Shown here piece by piece: positions 1 to 14,431 of a stretch of 64,000 nt of DNA. The notes under the pieces are model-generated. The model did no database searches and was not told the origin of the DNA. It worked only from the letters and a program-made list of their open reading frames with translations. Source of the DNA: Octopus sinensis (taxonomy: Eukaryota). The stretch spans positions 66,154,001-66,218,000 of the forward strand of contig NC_043005.1 of the NCBI RefSeq assembly GCF_006345805.1. The letters are read 5' to 3'. A program made the position numbers and the translations under genes. Each line of letters opens with the position of its first letter. The stretch's first letter is position 1.

Positions 1-266
1 TTTTTTTTAGACATTTGCATGTCTTATAAGCATTCATTTAATTTTAAGCATTCACTTATTTTTAAACATATTTTCCAAGCTTTAGATATGTATTTTACAA
101 CCATTCATTTGCTTTCAAAACATCTATATCGTTTTAAGCATTCAGTTATTCTTTAAGAATATTTTTGTCTTTTGAGATTTATTTGTTTTCCTGGAATTCA
201 ATTACATTCAGGCTTTTATTAACTGTTCTAATATTCACTTCTCCAATCATTCTTTTATTTTCTTCT

Positions 267-268
<2 letters not shown>

Positions 269-330
<62 letters not shown>

Positions 331-539
331 CAAGGAGAAGAATATATATATATATAGATATATATATATATATATATGCATACATATATGTATGTATGTA
401 TGTATGTATGTATCCATGTATGTATGTATGTATGTATGTATGCATGTATGTATGTATGTATATATATATATATATAATATATATAAGGAGAAGAATATAT
501 ATATATATATGCATACATATATGTATGTATGTATGTATG

Positions 540-571
<32 letters not shown>

Positions 572-640
572 CATGCATACATGTATGTATATATATATAT
601 ATGCATACATATATGTATGTATGTATATATATATATATGT
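269..640. repeat. Compound (TA)n/(TATG)n microsatellite with an internal ~153-bp duplication
   Basis: The anchor AGGAGAAGAATATAT occurs at 333 and 486, each followed by (TA)n-GCATACATAT-(GTAT)n. Confidence 0.9.
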
Positions 641-1689
641 GAGAGTAATGATAACAGGAAGAAAATGCGCTATTCGTTTTTCATTGCATGTAATTAATTT
701 CAACGCAAATTATTACGCGCAAATTCTTTCAAAATACAATAATATGTACTCAAAAACAGATGATCGCAATGAAATTATCTCAAGAAATATTATCATATAT
801 GTTCCTAAATACTATATCATATTCAAAATGCATCATTACAATGAAATCATTTCAAGATTACGAATTCCAAAGTACATTTTTTATTCCAGAATACATTATC
901 AAGCATCCGAGTGCATATAATAATAGAAACGCATTATTAAATATTGTAAAGTACATATAACAAAGCGATTCCATTGTTTATTGATTATATTTATGGCAAA
1001 TGTGCGTGTTTAATGGCATGCATGCTACGAGCCTTCATTTAATATAAAGTATGTTGACTGGAAGTAGCCTCGTTATAGACTCATCAGGTAACAAAGAATG
1101 TAATATTGTATGAGTTTGTAGGCCCAAATTAAGTAGGAATGTAAATTTTTGCATTAAAACTATTCAAAAATATATGGGAAAATATATTTTATAAATATTA
1201 ATATGTAGATTAAAAATAAATGTCAGTAACTGGTTAACAATTTCACCTTGGTTTGTATTTCACAATATAAAAAAAATATTTCTTTATTTCTTTATCATAT
1301 TTTCTGATTATTGATATAGTTGGAAAGGTTTATATAATTTGGTTTCCGAATTCCTGCACCTGTCTAATGCTCACTGATTCGAATTTCACTAGTGCTCTGA
1401 TCACGTATTTCTTATTCGTAAACCGTCATGCGTTTTCTGAGTGACATGCCTGTTTGGGCAATATAATTTTCGCCGTGCCCTCAGCACGTTGACAGGTATT
1501 AAGTTATCTGAAGGGCAGGTGAAGTTGTTTTTCATTAAAAATAATTGCCCATTTTCTAAACTTTGTGCCTTCGGTTGTATTAATACGAATTCCACAATTC
1601 GATCGTCAGTATGTTTAAACTGTCATGTTTTGTACGATGTAGGTAGGTAATTGGGCACTTGTTTAAAGTTTCTTTATGAATATGACTGT

Positions 1690-1983
1690 ACACACACACA
1701 CACACACACACAATACACACATGCACACATACACACACATACACACATAGACACACAAACACACACATACCCACCTACCCACAACGTACGTATATTTACA
1801 GATATATGTGTGTGTATACACACACACACACACACACACACACCACACACACACACACAACACACACACACACACATACACACATACACACACATACACA
1901 CATAGACACACAAACACACACATACCCACCTACCCACAACGTACGTATATTTACAGATATATGTGTGTGTATACACACACACA

Positions 1984-2064
<81 letters not shown>

Positions 2065-2083
2065 TCATACACACACACACACA
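1690..2083. repeat. (CA)n/(TA)n microsatellite block with a 155-bp tandem duplication
   Basis: CATACCCACCTACCCACAACGTACGTATATTTACAGATATATGTGTGTGTATAC starts at both 1766 and 1921. Confidence 0.9.
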
Positions 2084-3749
2084 TTATGATGGCCGTCCAC
2101 TCGTGATCGAAGAAGACCATTGCTGACCTTCAGGAATATTGTGCGTTCTAGGACTAACTTATATTTTGTATTTGCGGCTCCGTTGGTGGCTAATGAGCCC
2201 TGCTCTTGGCAAGCATACAAACATTGCAAACCAAGCTTTCTCCATTCACTACAAACAAAAAACAACAAAAACATCTGTCGATATTGCTGATGAGCAAACC
2301 CTGAGAACAAAGAAATTTCAGCCTTGACAGTCCGGTCTTTATTTCACATATATTATGCCTCTGACTACATTAGCCAATGTAGTCTTCAAATTAAAGAAAA
2401 AACCAAAAAGGAAAAACAAAGCAAAAACGATTGAGTCTGATTTATTAATTACTATTTGTAGCATGTCTAGTGATTACGCAGAAATCCCTTCGTCAAGTCA
2501 AGTAATCTAATAATGAATGAACTTACCACCAGGTGAAGCGGCAAATTGGTAAAGCTGTATTTATTGCACCTTGGGTGTAAATCGTATGGCGGTCAACTTC
2601 ATCTTTCATCACTTCAAAGTCGAAAACAAGAATCAGCTCCGGTCGGAGTATTGGCGGTATGATGCCTTGTACTATCTGTTCGGGTACTTTGTGTTGTGAG
2701 TTCAAATCCTGTTCCGTTACCGAAATTACTGTGACCGATACATAGCATCGGCAATTTGAAAAACCAAATAAAACACTGTTTTCTTGGATCGATTGGAAGA
2801 TCGATCGCCAACATATCATATCAGTACTATTTGTAGCACGTCTAGTGATTACGCAGTATAGAACTTGGAAGAGAGCTAAATATCTGAAGTGAAATAGCTG
2901 CGACCAAGAATTGAAACGAAGTTACAAAACCAGGAGACTATGTTTCAGTTTAGAGCTTATCTGCTTTCCTAAAGCAAAACTTTAGAAATTCTAAAAATAT
3001 TAACTTTCAACATTACCTGATATAGAAATCTTTCCCCCATCTTTATTTTTGCCTCTGTTCTTTATTTATTTCTCTCTGTATCTATGTCTATAAATACATA
3101 TACATACACAAATTTTCTAAGCCATCTTTTGTTTCTTCTGAGATAAATGCAGAAGAATTATCTTAACAAGAATATGACCTTTTGTAAATCTAACGTATTG
3201 CTACATAAAAGGTTGACCTTCTTTTTGTGAATTTACCAGAATTCATGCCAAGTACATTTTGGCAAAGAGGGGGTTAACATATTTTCCATGAATTTGTATG
3301 TAACATTATTTGCCTATACTTCTTCTAAAAGGTCATCAGCACATTTGCTTTCTCTTTACTCTTTTTCCTTCAGAAAGTATAAATGATAAAGTGAGGTGAT
3401 TTTTAAACCTCTATAATCCTTTATTCTCACAAATTTCTCAGTATGAATCATTATTACTCCACACACACACGCACGAACACAAACACACACACAGACATAC
3501 TAACACACGCATACGCATACATACACAGACACACACACACACGCACACACACACACACACACACACGCACGAACACACACACACCAACACACGCATACAC
3601 ACACAGAAGTACATGCATGCACGCACACACGCACACGCGAACGCGCGCGAAAGTCTATGGTTAATCTCTGTACAGCCATTACAATGAACAGATCGCTACA
3701 AGACCGATACATTTGTAAGGCCTCTCATATGAATTACACTATAGAGATT

Positions 3750-3868
3750 GATGACAATAATCATAATGATGATGATGGTGATGATAATAATAATGGGAAT
3801 GATAATGACGACGATGACGACGATGATGACTATGATGATGATGATGAAGATGGTGATGATGATGACAA
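3750..3868. repeat. Degenerate (GAT/GAC)n trinucleotide repeat
   Basis: Direct reading; it produces the poly-Asp and poly-Met pseudo-ORFs at 3657-3942. Confidence 0.85.
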
Positions 3869-4789
3869 TAAGTGGATCGGAGGTCATTCTAATACAAATA
3901 AAGATTACTTATACAAAACCGTTTAGCAATCTGGTATATTAACGTATATTAACTGTGATGCGCAGAGTTAAATGTTCTGCGCCCAGAATTAACAAAATAA
4001 CTGCAACTATTTGAGCTTGCTATATTTGAGTCTAAGACTATCCACTGAGAGTTTTCGCCTTGGATTATCACAAAGACATTGCCAAGTAGCATAGTTGCTA
4101 AGTAGCAGGTAGTCCTGATAAATGTTGTCTGTTCAAACACCCAACGAGTTGCATATATTCAGACCGTCTTTAAACTATATGGAAGTTAATAGCTCTCGCC
4201 TAAATGTTTCCCATTTAAGTTTTCGGGTTATTAACCTAATCTTTAGAAATGACAAATAGCTACAATTATTTTGTAATATTTCTTCCCCTCCAGCCATTTT
4301 CGAGCCATTACTTGATCGAAACCACAGTATACACTGGTTGTGGGCCGGCCAACTCTGAGCTGTATGAAACACTGTTATAATCGAATGATTAGTCCTCGCC
4401 AGAATTTGAACTCGGTATGTAAAGAGCCGGAACATATATCGTAAGACATGTCAAACGCTTTAACAATTCCGCCATTCCGCACAATGGATCTGGTATTTTA
4501 TTTGTCGATCCTGAAAGGGTGAAATGCAAAATGAAGTACAGCGGGATTTGAGTCCAGAGCGCAGAATGCCAAACTAAATACCGTGAAGCGTGTTATCCCA
4601 CGATCTAATGATTCTTTTAATTCACAGCCTTTTTAAATATATGTATGTGTAAATATCGATTACTGATAGAGGTCCACATGTTTTTGGGGAAGAGTAAAGC
4701 ACGTGATATCGGCTCCAGTATTTGACTAATACTTTATTTTATCAATCCAAGATTAATGGAAAAGTAAACACCGCAATGATTAAAAGCAA

Positions 4790-5092
4790 ATCCATCCTAC
4801 GATGCTTAGGTCTGGTGCAAGGGAACAAGGCCTGCTATTTTCCCTTCAGAAAGACATTCTAAAAATCTACTTGAAAACCTTCAAGATAAACCTGAAGATA
4901 TAGGAATCAGAAGTACGGAATAGAGCCCAGTGGACAATCTCACGCTACCAAGCTATCTCCGACTTTTAGGTAGCCAGTAAGCTGGAGAAGAAAGACACTA
5001 GCCCCAAACAGGGGAGACCCCCACTGAAATGTCTGCAACCGGATCTATAAATTCCGTTTAGGTTTGAATTCTCACATGAGACTGAACAACAA
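4790..5092 (+). mobile_element. RTE-clade LINE, decayed 3' end of the ORF
   Basis: The frame from 4850 reads KDILKIYLKTFKINLKI*ESEVRNRAQW...QAISDF*...KCLQ. This matches the RTE C-terminal pattern KD.LK..LK.F.I...WE....DR..W followed by a degraded C2H2-like tail. Confidence 0.65.
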
Positions 5093-5420
5093 AATATCGA
5101 ACTAAGAATATTGTGTGGATTTGTCTTGCTGAACCACTATTGGTCGAAGTGGTGAGAGAGAGAGAGTCCAAAATCTGTGTAGAACCAAATTATGAATACC
5201 GTATTTTATAAGACGTTAAAAAAATAGTATCTTCTAATGTCTTAAAAATATTTTATAAAAATCCGCGGCTCGCCCGGATGTCTTGCAGCGCACAGTTTAA
5301 GATCCACAGTTCTACATTGAGAGTTAAAATTCTGCCGTTGTCAACTTTGTCTTGTGCCCCTGCGTAGTCTATAAGCTAGATGCCAATTATAAATAATAAT
5401 AATAATAATATAATAATAAT

Positions 5421-5708
5421 TGTGTACAGTGCTCAGGTGCACTACAACTCATCTAATCAGACCAGACCATCAGATGTTGTTACACATCGCTGGTCACAAT
5501 GCGTTCGCATTGTTTTAGCCTTCGAATGACGCCACCCCACTGAGTGAGAGAAAGAGTGGTGAAAGAGTACAGCAGGAATCACCCCCACCCTGCCGGAGCC
5601 TCGTGGAGCTTTTAGGTGATTTTGCTCAATAAACACACAACGCCCGGTCTGGGAATCAAAACCGCGATCCTACGACCGCGAGTCCGCTGCCCTAACCACT
5701 GGGCCATT
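5421..5708 (-). mobile_element. tRNA-derived SINE (head type H1, tail ending at (TAA)n)
   Basis: The minus-strand head AATGGCCCAGTGGTTAGGGCAGCGGACTCGCGGTCGTAGGATCGCGGTTTTGATTCC has A and B boxes. The same head occurs at 54011-54392. Confidence 0.85.
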
Positions 5709-6307
5709 ATGGTATCTAATTTATTGACTCTGAGGACATGTGTGGTAGCTGATGTAATCAAGTAATGATGCAGATTACTTAATCAATAGGCATCAGAATG
5801 GCTTTTGAATAACTCACAGTTTAAATTTTGTCATCCGCGTTGCACTGTACCTATTACAAAAACTTCTAACTTGCTCGCTTTCCATCGTTCTTCGCAACGA
5901 AAATAATGTATGAGTTAGTGCAGATCACTAAAGCAAGTAACATGGTAATTTGAACTGAAGTTAATCAACATCGTTTCTCACAGGATTTTAAACGAATGGA
6001 TTGAGCGACAACATTAAAAAACAAAACAAACAAAAAAACAAAAAAAAAAACAAAGCGAAACTTTATAATACGTTTAGTTCATACTTTGTACATACTAATC
6101 AAACTGATCTGTTTAAGATCACCAAACATCATGGGACCTTATAGAAGCACATGCACTACAGCTATTTTTATCCAGCTATATTACTCTGCTGTCAATGTGA
6201 TACGAAGAAATGTAGAAAAATATATATAGTGAGAGAGATAAAGACAGAGAAAAACATATAGCTAGATACAGAGAAACAGATAGAGAGAGAGAGAAAGAGG
6301 CAGAGAG

Positions 6308-6349
<42 letters not shown>

Positions 6350-6911
6350 GGTAGAGAGAAAGAGAGAGAGAAAGAGAGAACTGCAACAAAAACCTTAATG
6401 AAAAAATTTCCTACAAAAAATTAGACAGGAATGATGTTGAGATATCAATGAATTTGAGAAATTTATTGTTTCCAAGGGGTTCCTAAAACGGAACAAATAC
6501 GCTAAGAGGAAAAATAATAGATTTTTATGAATTTTTATGCTTCTTTATTTGATATTCAGATATTTAAAACAAAACGTTACAGAGTTTATCATAATATATG
6601 TATGCAAACATGTCTGAATTAAATAAAATTCCCATTGACAGTTACTGAAATTAGAAGCAAGAAATCATGCATACATAATGCAGTTGCAGAAATGTGACAT
6701 AAGTGGATTGGATATTCGAAATTCTGAGTCTGAAATAATGGAATCCCATTTGCATACAGATGAACAACCCCTAACAGAGGGCAAAAGGTACATCTCCATA
6801 TTTTATGTGTTCACACAGATAACGACTACGACGCTCACAGTAAAATGTGCACTCACATACACCTACATACGTACGCATATATGTATGCATGTATGTATGT
6901 ATATATGTATA

Positions 6912-6947
<36 letters not shown>

Positions 6948-7779
6948 TGTATGTATGTATGTATGTATGTATGTATTTGTGTGTGTGTCTATGTGCGCTC
7001 ATGTATGTATTTATGCTGTATAAATATGGTCAAGAAGGCGAGATTTACGGAACATTATCATCAGATTACGACACGAATTCTGCCACAATCAATTTTGATT
7101 TGAAATGCAGTGCTTTAACGAGATATATAAATTTCCAATTAGAACGATGTCAGTATTATGTAGTGTATTATAAAATTACCCACTCAAACCTGTCAAAGAC
7201 CTATCATTAATGCATTTCCTGCATACTAAAAACGAGTCGATAAATTTATTTGGAAGCAGGCACAGCGATTACAAAATCCATTGCCAGTAATTGGTTCCAC
7301 ACTTCGTTTTCACATGCTATATACAATCTGTTTAATTATTTTTGGCACCCAAATTATTAGCTGGACGGATAAATTAGGTTATGATTTTGGCAGCGCTATC
7401 ATCACCTTTCATTATTGCTAATTTAAGAACAATAGAATGGGTGAAACGACAGAGTATCGGGCAAAATACTTTACTGTATAGTGTTTCACCCCACTACTTC
7501 CTTAGTTCAAATAACGCTAAGGCTGGCTTTGCGTTTTAGGGTCGAGGAAATAGAATAGCAAACTTCTAAGCAGTGGTATCGAGTTATACAGCTTACCTTA
7601 GGATTTATGGCCTTGTGTGAATAGACTTTCCACCAATGAAACCCGAGCTCTTGATGGAATCGTCAGAGTGCCGTGGTAACATAGTGCGTCGTGGGCATTT
7701 TAAATTAGCGGAGCCCCGATTTGATATACAATTAATTTGTTCTAGCGTGGAAACAGAAATAAAAGAAGAAACGATCCTA

Positions 7780-7875
7780 GTACTTTATTTGTTGACCCCG
7801 CCGACTTTGGTGGGATTTGAACTCACAGAGTGGGACTGAATATTGCAAGGCATTTTCTCCGACGGTCGTCTAATG
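7780..7875 (-). mobile_element. Degraded Meta/MESC-type SINE fragment
   Basis: TACTTTATTTGTTGACCCCGCCGACTTTGGTGGGATTTGAACTCACAG resembles the reverse complement of the family core seen intact at 53141. Confidence 0.55.
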
Positions 7876-10231
7876 ACTCTGCCAACTCGCCGCCCGTTGT
7901 GTGTTTGTAAGAAAACAGTAAATTAAATTTGGAGCGCATCTTTACATGTACAGTATAAACTCAACGTGAATAACTCTAGAAAACTTTCGGAGCTTATAGT
8001 TTAGGACCTCAAACCTTACTAATGTCATCTCGAGCATGAATCTTTCTCTCGTGTCGCTCTCTGAGTAAGACATACCTGACTAAAGAGCTCTCATCTTAAT
8101 ATTTTGGTATGAAGTTGTAATCGCTGGGCAGCCCCAGTATTACCAGATGTACAGTGCCGATGGAAATACCCTACCAATCATCGAGGAGTAGCAGTAAAGA
8201 TGACATGCAGCGATGACAGCTTGTTTAAAGTAAGTATTTGATCAACAGAACAGTCTAAGTGAGGACATATTTTTATCGTTGGGTATGCTCTCAGTCTCTG
8301 GTTCACTTAATCTGTTGTCAAGATTATCATCACTTCCACCTGGTCTCTTTTGTTGTCGTTCCGTAAATTTTCCAAAAACTTCAGTGGTGCTTTCATTCCG
8401 CTTATGATAAAGCAGAAAAAATGCTTTAAGACTTAAAACCTATAGTTTTTATTTTGTAGATAATGCAAAGTTTCTTACCGAAAGCTCTGACGACTGAGTT
8501 GGTGAGCACCGGACAATTAGCCGAGTGGTCATTTGCGTTAACACGAATTATGCCTCATCCAATGCACTGTCGAAACATTTAACTGTTGAGTTTACCGAGT
8601 TCTAAGAAAGTAGTCCAGCTGTTATATAAGTTCAATCCCGTGAAAATAACTATATAACACCTGAACCAGAACAACGTGTGTGAAATGATGATACTGTAGG
8701 ATTGAAGAATTTGATGACCTTCTCGGTTGGAAAGAAACAAACACACACGCATATTTCTTATTCATTTAACCAGAAATTGGCGATAAGCACCAACACTTCA
8801 GAACTTTACAATTTGGAAAATAATGACATTTTTCTTATCCCTGAAAGTTTTCTGCTTTTCTCTTCAACGTCTCTTCTTATTCTTCAGTAATTTTATTCTT
8901 CTTGTCTCTACGGATATACAGCACACAATAAAGGCGTGTTAATAAACACTGTTAACTTTCTAACACAAATTAATGAATCCTTTGTTATGTTTAGACAATA
9001 AATTACTCTTAGATGTTTTCTACATTAAAAAAAATCTTTAGTTAAGTTAGAGTTAACATATTTAATGACGTGAGTATTAAAGAGCAATATAGAGAAAATG
9101 TACAGTTGGAAAAAAAATAATAGACTAACATCATTTTAATTCGTTTTGCAAATACGAAAGACAACTTCGGACATATAGGCTTATTAAACTTTTACAAATT
9201 ATAAACCTGACCGTACGTGCAGAAGTTATGATGAGAAAATCTTTACGTAATTGTACAAATGTCATTCTTACGAGCATACAAAAACAGAAGCGTTCAGGTT
9301 ATAAATTTCTCTTAGAGACCATCTGAATTGAAAAAACAAAACAACTAAATATTAGTTAAGTTAGTGTTACCAGAATTAATGCGGGGAAAATAAAGGGACA
9401 ATTGCTTCATTGTCCCTTTATTGGGTGTAGTTACTATTCAGGTTATATTCGCTTATTTCCTTGACTTTTTATGTTGCATGGCTGTTTGAGTTTCTGCATG
9501 ACTGATCATGACTGATCCACATTGACAGGGCCGATTCGGTAAAATGCTTTGCCTCACAGTTATATGGTTTCAGATTCGATCTTACTGCGTGATACATTGG
9601 ACAAGTGTTCCACCAGCATTATAAGTAAAATTTAGTGGACGGAAAGTATACGAGAGCTTAAAATTGAAGGACTGTACCGTCGGCTGTAATTTTAACGTCT
9701 GTCTCAATTTTTGGTTATTATTTTGCAATTTTCATGTTTATCTACTACCCACAGCAAGGCCTTCAAAGAACTTTTATCTTTCTTTATTCACTGCTGAAGC
9801 ATAGGTGCCAGAAATGTTAGCCTTTCGACTTCGTAAGAAAATAAGCGAACTTATCACTCAACAAGCATTTCCATGGATAATTGTTGTCCCCACATAAACT
9901 CTGAGCATGGGTCATCGGTGTTCCCAAGTTTTGCTGTAATAATATCTTGCAGTGACAAAAATCAACGGATTAGGGAACGTTTGAACTAAATTCCACTTTA
10001 TTAATGTGAATCATTTTATTGACGCCGAAAGGGATTTGATCTCAGAAGGAACGGGGGGAACTTAACCCACATTAGCTCGGGACGTAAGCGGTATAGTTAA
10101 ACGTAGCAAAACATTTTGATCCGCACACTATCTCTATACCACTTCTCTTAATCTACAACTTTTTGACTTTCGACATTTAAAATGATTGAACTAAAAGCTG
10201 ATATGGTCTTGGATTTCTCAAGATAGCTATC

Positions 10232-10394
10232 ATGCATGTATGTATGTATGTATGCATGCATGTATGTATGCATGTATGTATGTATGTATGTATGTATGTA
10301 TGTATGTATGTACGTATGTATGGTTGTCTGTCTGTCTGACTGTATGTATGCATGCATGTATGTATATATGTATGTTTGTATGTATGTATGTATG

Positions 10395-10451
<57 letters not shown>

Positions 10452-10460
10452 GTGTGTGTA

Positions 10461-10493
<33 letters not shown>

Positions 10494-10524
10494 ACACACG
10501 TACACACCTATATATAGGGAGACC

Positions 10525-10566
<42 letters not shown>
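10232..10566. repeat. Compound microsatellite (TATG)n-(TA)n-(TAC)n-(GA)n
   Basis: Direct reading. Confidence 0.9.
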
Positions 10567-10568
<2 letters not shown>

Positions 10569-10860
10569 TAGAGAAAGAGAATTAAAGCAAATAAATAAAT
10601 GATTGAATGAAAGGAAGACAAACACAGAAGCAGAACGCGGTTCATGATAAAAATTGAGGAGAAAGATCTGAAGATTGCAAAGAAAAAGAAATAAATAGAA
10701 AATAAAAATACTGAGAGGAAAAAGGTATATAATGGAAAATACAAATAAAAACAGAAAATATGTGAACACAAGAGAGGATATGAGGGTTTAAGAAAGGAAA
10801 AAGAATTAGTAAATGAGACAAAATGGCTGTGAATACTGGAAGAGGTAACGCGTAAGGGAG

Positions 10861-11096
10861 ATTATAATAATGGAGAGTTACAGAAGTAGAAAGAGTAAGA
10901 GGAGTAAAGGGAGTAAAAGAAGGAGGGTAGGAGGGAGGAGAAGATTATAAAAATGTAGAGTAACAGAAGTAGAAAGAGTAAGAGGAGTAAAGAGAGTAAA
11001 AGAAGGAGGGTAAGAGGGAGGAGGAGATTATAAAAATGGAGAGTAACAGAAGTAGAAAGAGTAAGAGGAGTAAAGAGAGTAAGAGAGGGAGGGTAA
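10861..11096. repeat. Purine-rich 83-bp tandem repeat, ~2.8 copies
   Basis: Units begin ATTATAA at 10861, 10944 and 11027, with body GAGTAACAGAAGTAGAAAGAGTAAGAGGAGTAAAG. Confidence 0.9.
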
Positions 11097-11529
11097 GATG
11101 GAGAGAAGCTCTGAGAAACAGGCGTGTAGGTACATGCATAAAGAAACATGTATATGTGTATGTACAGATATTCATACATATATGTATATGTATACATACT
11201 CAGGCACAAACATATATGTGTATGTATAGCACATACGCATACACACGCACACGCACGCATGTACAAACATATATGTGTATGTACAATGCACACGCACACA
11301 CATACGCACACACACACGCACACACACACGCACACACACACACACGTGCATACACATATATTTACTGTGTGGTGCAACACATTAAAGTACTCAATGCATC
11401 CTTGCATTAGAAGTGTGAAGAATCTGTTACATGTTTATTCATTTGTGAGCTAAACATGTATACATTATTATCTAAATTACACACATATAAACACACATTC
11501 ACAAATGTATATGTAAGTACATACATATG

Positions 11530-11990
<461 letters not shown>

Positions 11991-13410
11991 TGAGAAACAG
12001 AGAAGAAAAGAGAAAGAGAAGGATAGAGGGTAGAGAGAAGGAAAAGGAGACGGGGAAGAGAGAGAGAGAGAGTGGAAGAGAGTGTAGAAAATCAGAGAGC
12101 TTGTATATATGAATAAGTTTAACAATATAAAACAAGCAAAAAGTACGAAATAGGAGAGATTTATGCATAAGACAGAAAGGAAAACATTAAGGGGAAAACG
12201 AGAGGGAAATACAAGGAGAAAAAAAGAGATAGAAAGAAATGAGAAAGGATTAAAGGGAAAGAGTTTAGGGAAAATAGAAAATAAAACAAGAGAAAGAGAG
12301 AGTGCGCAGAAATGATGAGAGGGTCGGAAAAAAGCGGAGAGATCGTAAAAAAAAAAGAGATCATGAAAGTAAAAAGAAAATGAAGGAGAAAAGATGGCGA
12401 CACAATTCTGACTATCATCCTTTCATTTACGACCAAAAGAAAAAGAAAAGGCAAAATATTGGAGCCAGGATTTTAGATTCAAATTACAAATGATAAAAGA
12501 GGGAGAAAATGAAATACGAAAATAGTTTTTGTGTGCTATAACGTAAACTGTTTATGAAAGAGGAGCATAAAAACAAAAAAACATCTCGCCATGTTAGAAA
12601 ATTCTGGTATTGCAAGTCAAGGAAAATTATTTCTCAGTTTGTTTTAGGGTAAAAGGTAATTTTTTTTTGTTATTCATCTACTTTATTTTATAAAAAATTA
12701 ACTAAGGGGAAAAAAGAAGCTAAATGGAATGTTTTTTTTTGGTTTAGCTTGAAAGTTCATGAAAGTTTTGGGAAGTGTACATTTTCCTGCTATATTTAAC
12801 TAATTATCTACATTTGTTTTAGCATTCAGACCCAGTTATTTTGGCCATTTTTGCTCTAGCTCACATTCTCCAAAATGTGATTATTCAACCATCCACTAAA
12901 TATATTTACACCACGCCATAACGTTATTACAGTACTATTCTAAAACTCTTTCAGTCCAGCCAGATTCAAACATATATTTATTTATCCTAATATAATCGCA
13001 ATTTCAATAACCAGTACGAAATTACTCCAGTGGATTTCAACACTACGGTAAACAAAGGAATATGAACTGGCAGACCAATATATTATCAAATTGAAAGAGA
13101 GGGAAGGTAGTGACGCTGTTTATATATATTATATGTTTGGTAAAGATATAGAATCCAAGTGGTTACTCTAGTCCCTTTTTACTGGTTATTAATGCTGGCT
13201 AACCTGAGTGAGTGTATAAAAGCTCCAACTAGTTTGATTTACTAAAGGACAACAGAGATTTATATCCAATAAATGAATGCACATAAAGATGCAAATTTTG
13301 CAGTGTGCATTAATTGCTGCTGAAACATATGTAGGTGCAGAAATGAAAAGAAATAATTAACTGCTGATTAAAGCTGGATATAAATCTCTGTTCTCCTTTA
13401 TTATAAATTC

Positions 13411-13454
<44 letters not shown>

Positions 13455-13568
13455 TATAGATATATATAGTTGAAAATATGTGGAAAACATATATAAAAAG
13501 TGGACGAGATTAATATCTTTTTATAAAGAAATTTCTTAAAAATATATACATATTTTATGGATGTAGTG

Positions 13569-13614
13569 ATATCCAACCGGTTTTCGCTATAAAAATTAGC
13601 TTTTCAAGGGACAT
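13569..13614 (-). ncRNA. Minimal type I hammerhead-ribozyme-like motif (U3-A8 core variant), left pLTR
   Basis: Minus strand: AUGUCCC-UUGAAAA-GCUA(loop)UAGC-GAA-AACCGGUU-GGAUAU. Confidence 0.6.
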
Positions 13615-13715
13615 TGTGAAGTAATCAATTCTTGTGGCAAAGGGGTATGCCATTTTGGATGCTTGAAAAATAAGAATGAGTCTAGAGAGTGGACCAAGAG
13701 AGGTAACAGGTGAGC

Positions 13716-14244
13716 TCAAGACCCGAAAATGAACATCATCATAAAGACACATAAACTCCTCAAATGCAAAAGACAACACAAATCACTCAAGAGACTCCTA
13801 AGAATGCAAAACTATACTCAGTACATACGATACAAACAGTTAAAAAATGCAGACGACCTAATTGTGGTGCATGCCCATAGCTAACTGAAGGCTTGGAATT
13901 CACATTCTAGTAAGGAGAAAAATTCTCAATTAAGACCAACTTCACACGTGCTTCCCAGAACCTTATCTATGTCCTAAACTGCTCAGGTCGTGGCCACGAT
14001 TATGTGGGCCAAACGAGCCTTACTTTGAGACGCAGAGTCACGCTGCATAAAGAACAGATTCGTTTTCCTTAATACAGGCAGATATCCCTGAGCGAACATA
14101 TCGACAGATGCACAAGATATAAAACGCCGAATCCATATCTTTCCATTATACCAATGCAAAGATTCAATCTCCTTAGAAGAACGCCTGAACAAGGAAAACC
14201 TGTTCATACGAAAGTACAGACGACACCTTAATATACAAACTTGA
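13716..14244 (+). pseudogene. Penelope-type linker (Cys-rich) plus GIY-YIG endonuclease, disrupted
   Basis: With 2 frameshifts and internal stops: KRQHKSLKRLL/NAKLYS..VKKCRRPNCGAC..FSIKTNFTRASQNLIYVLNCSGRGHDYVGQTSLTLRRRVTLHKEQI..SEHIDRC../HIFPLYQCKDSISLEERLNKENLFIRKYRRHLNIQT*. This shows LIY-x-YVG, the catalytic R and H, and the terminal E and N. Confidence 0.88.
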
Positions 14245-14385
14245 CTACTTAAAACATCATCCTGAGGAGTTAGTTGTCTCCCTTGCCACCCGTTACCTCC
14301 CTTGGTTCACTCTCTAGACTCATTCACATTTTTGAAGCATCCAAAATGGCGAGATCCATTTGTCACAAGAATTGATTATTTCAAA

Positions 14386-14431
14386 ATGTCCCTTGAAAAG
14401 CTTATTTTTATAGCGAAAACATGTTGGATAT
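14386..14431 (+). ncRNA. Minimal type I hammerhead-ribozyme-like motif (U3-A8 core variant), right pLTR
   Basis: ATGTCCC-TTGAAAA-GCT(loop)AGC-GAA-AACATGTT-GGATAT. Confidence 0.6.

Noticed and set aside
165-920. 251-aa ORF and the many YI/CV/HT/LS-repeat ORFs across the window
   Set aside because: They are translations of (TA)n, (TG)n, (CATA)n and (GA)n microsatellites, which lack stop codons in some frames.
8680-8850. C/D snoRNA candidate (ATGATGA)
   Set aside because: There is no suitably placed D box or terminal stem.
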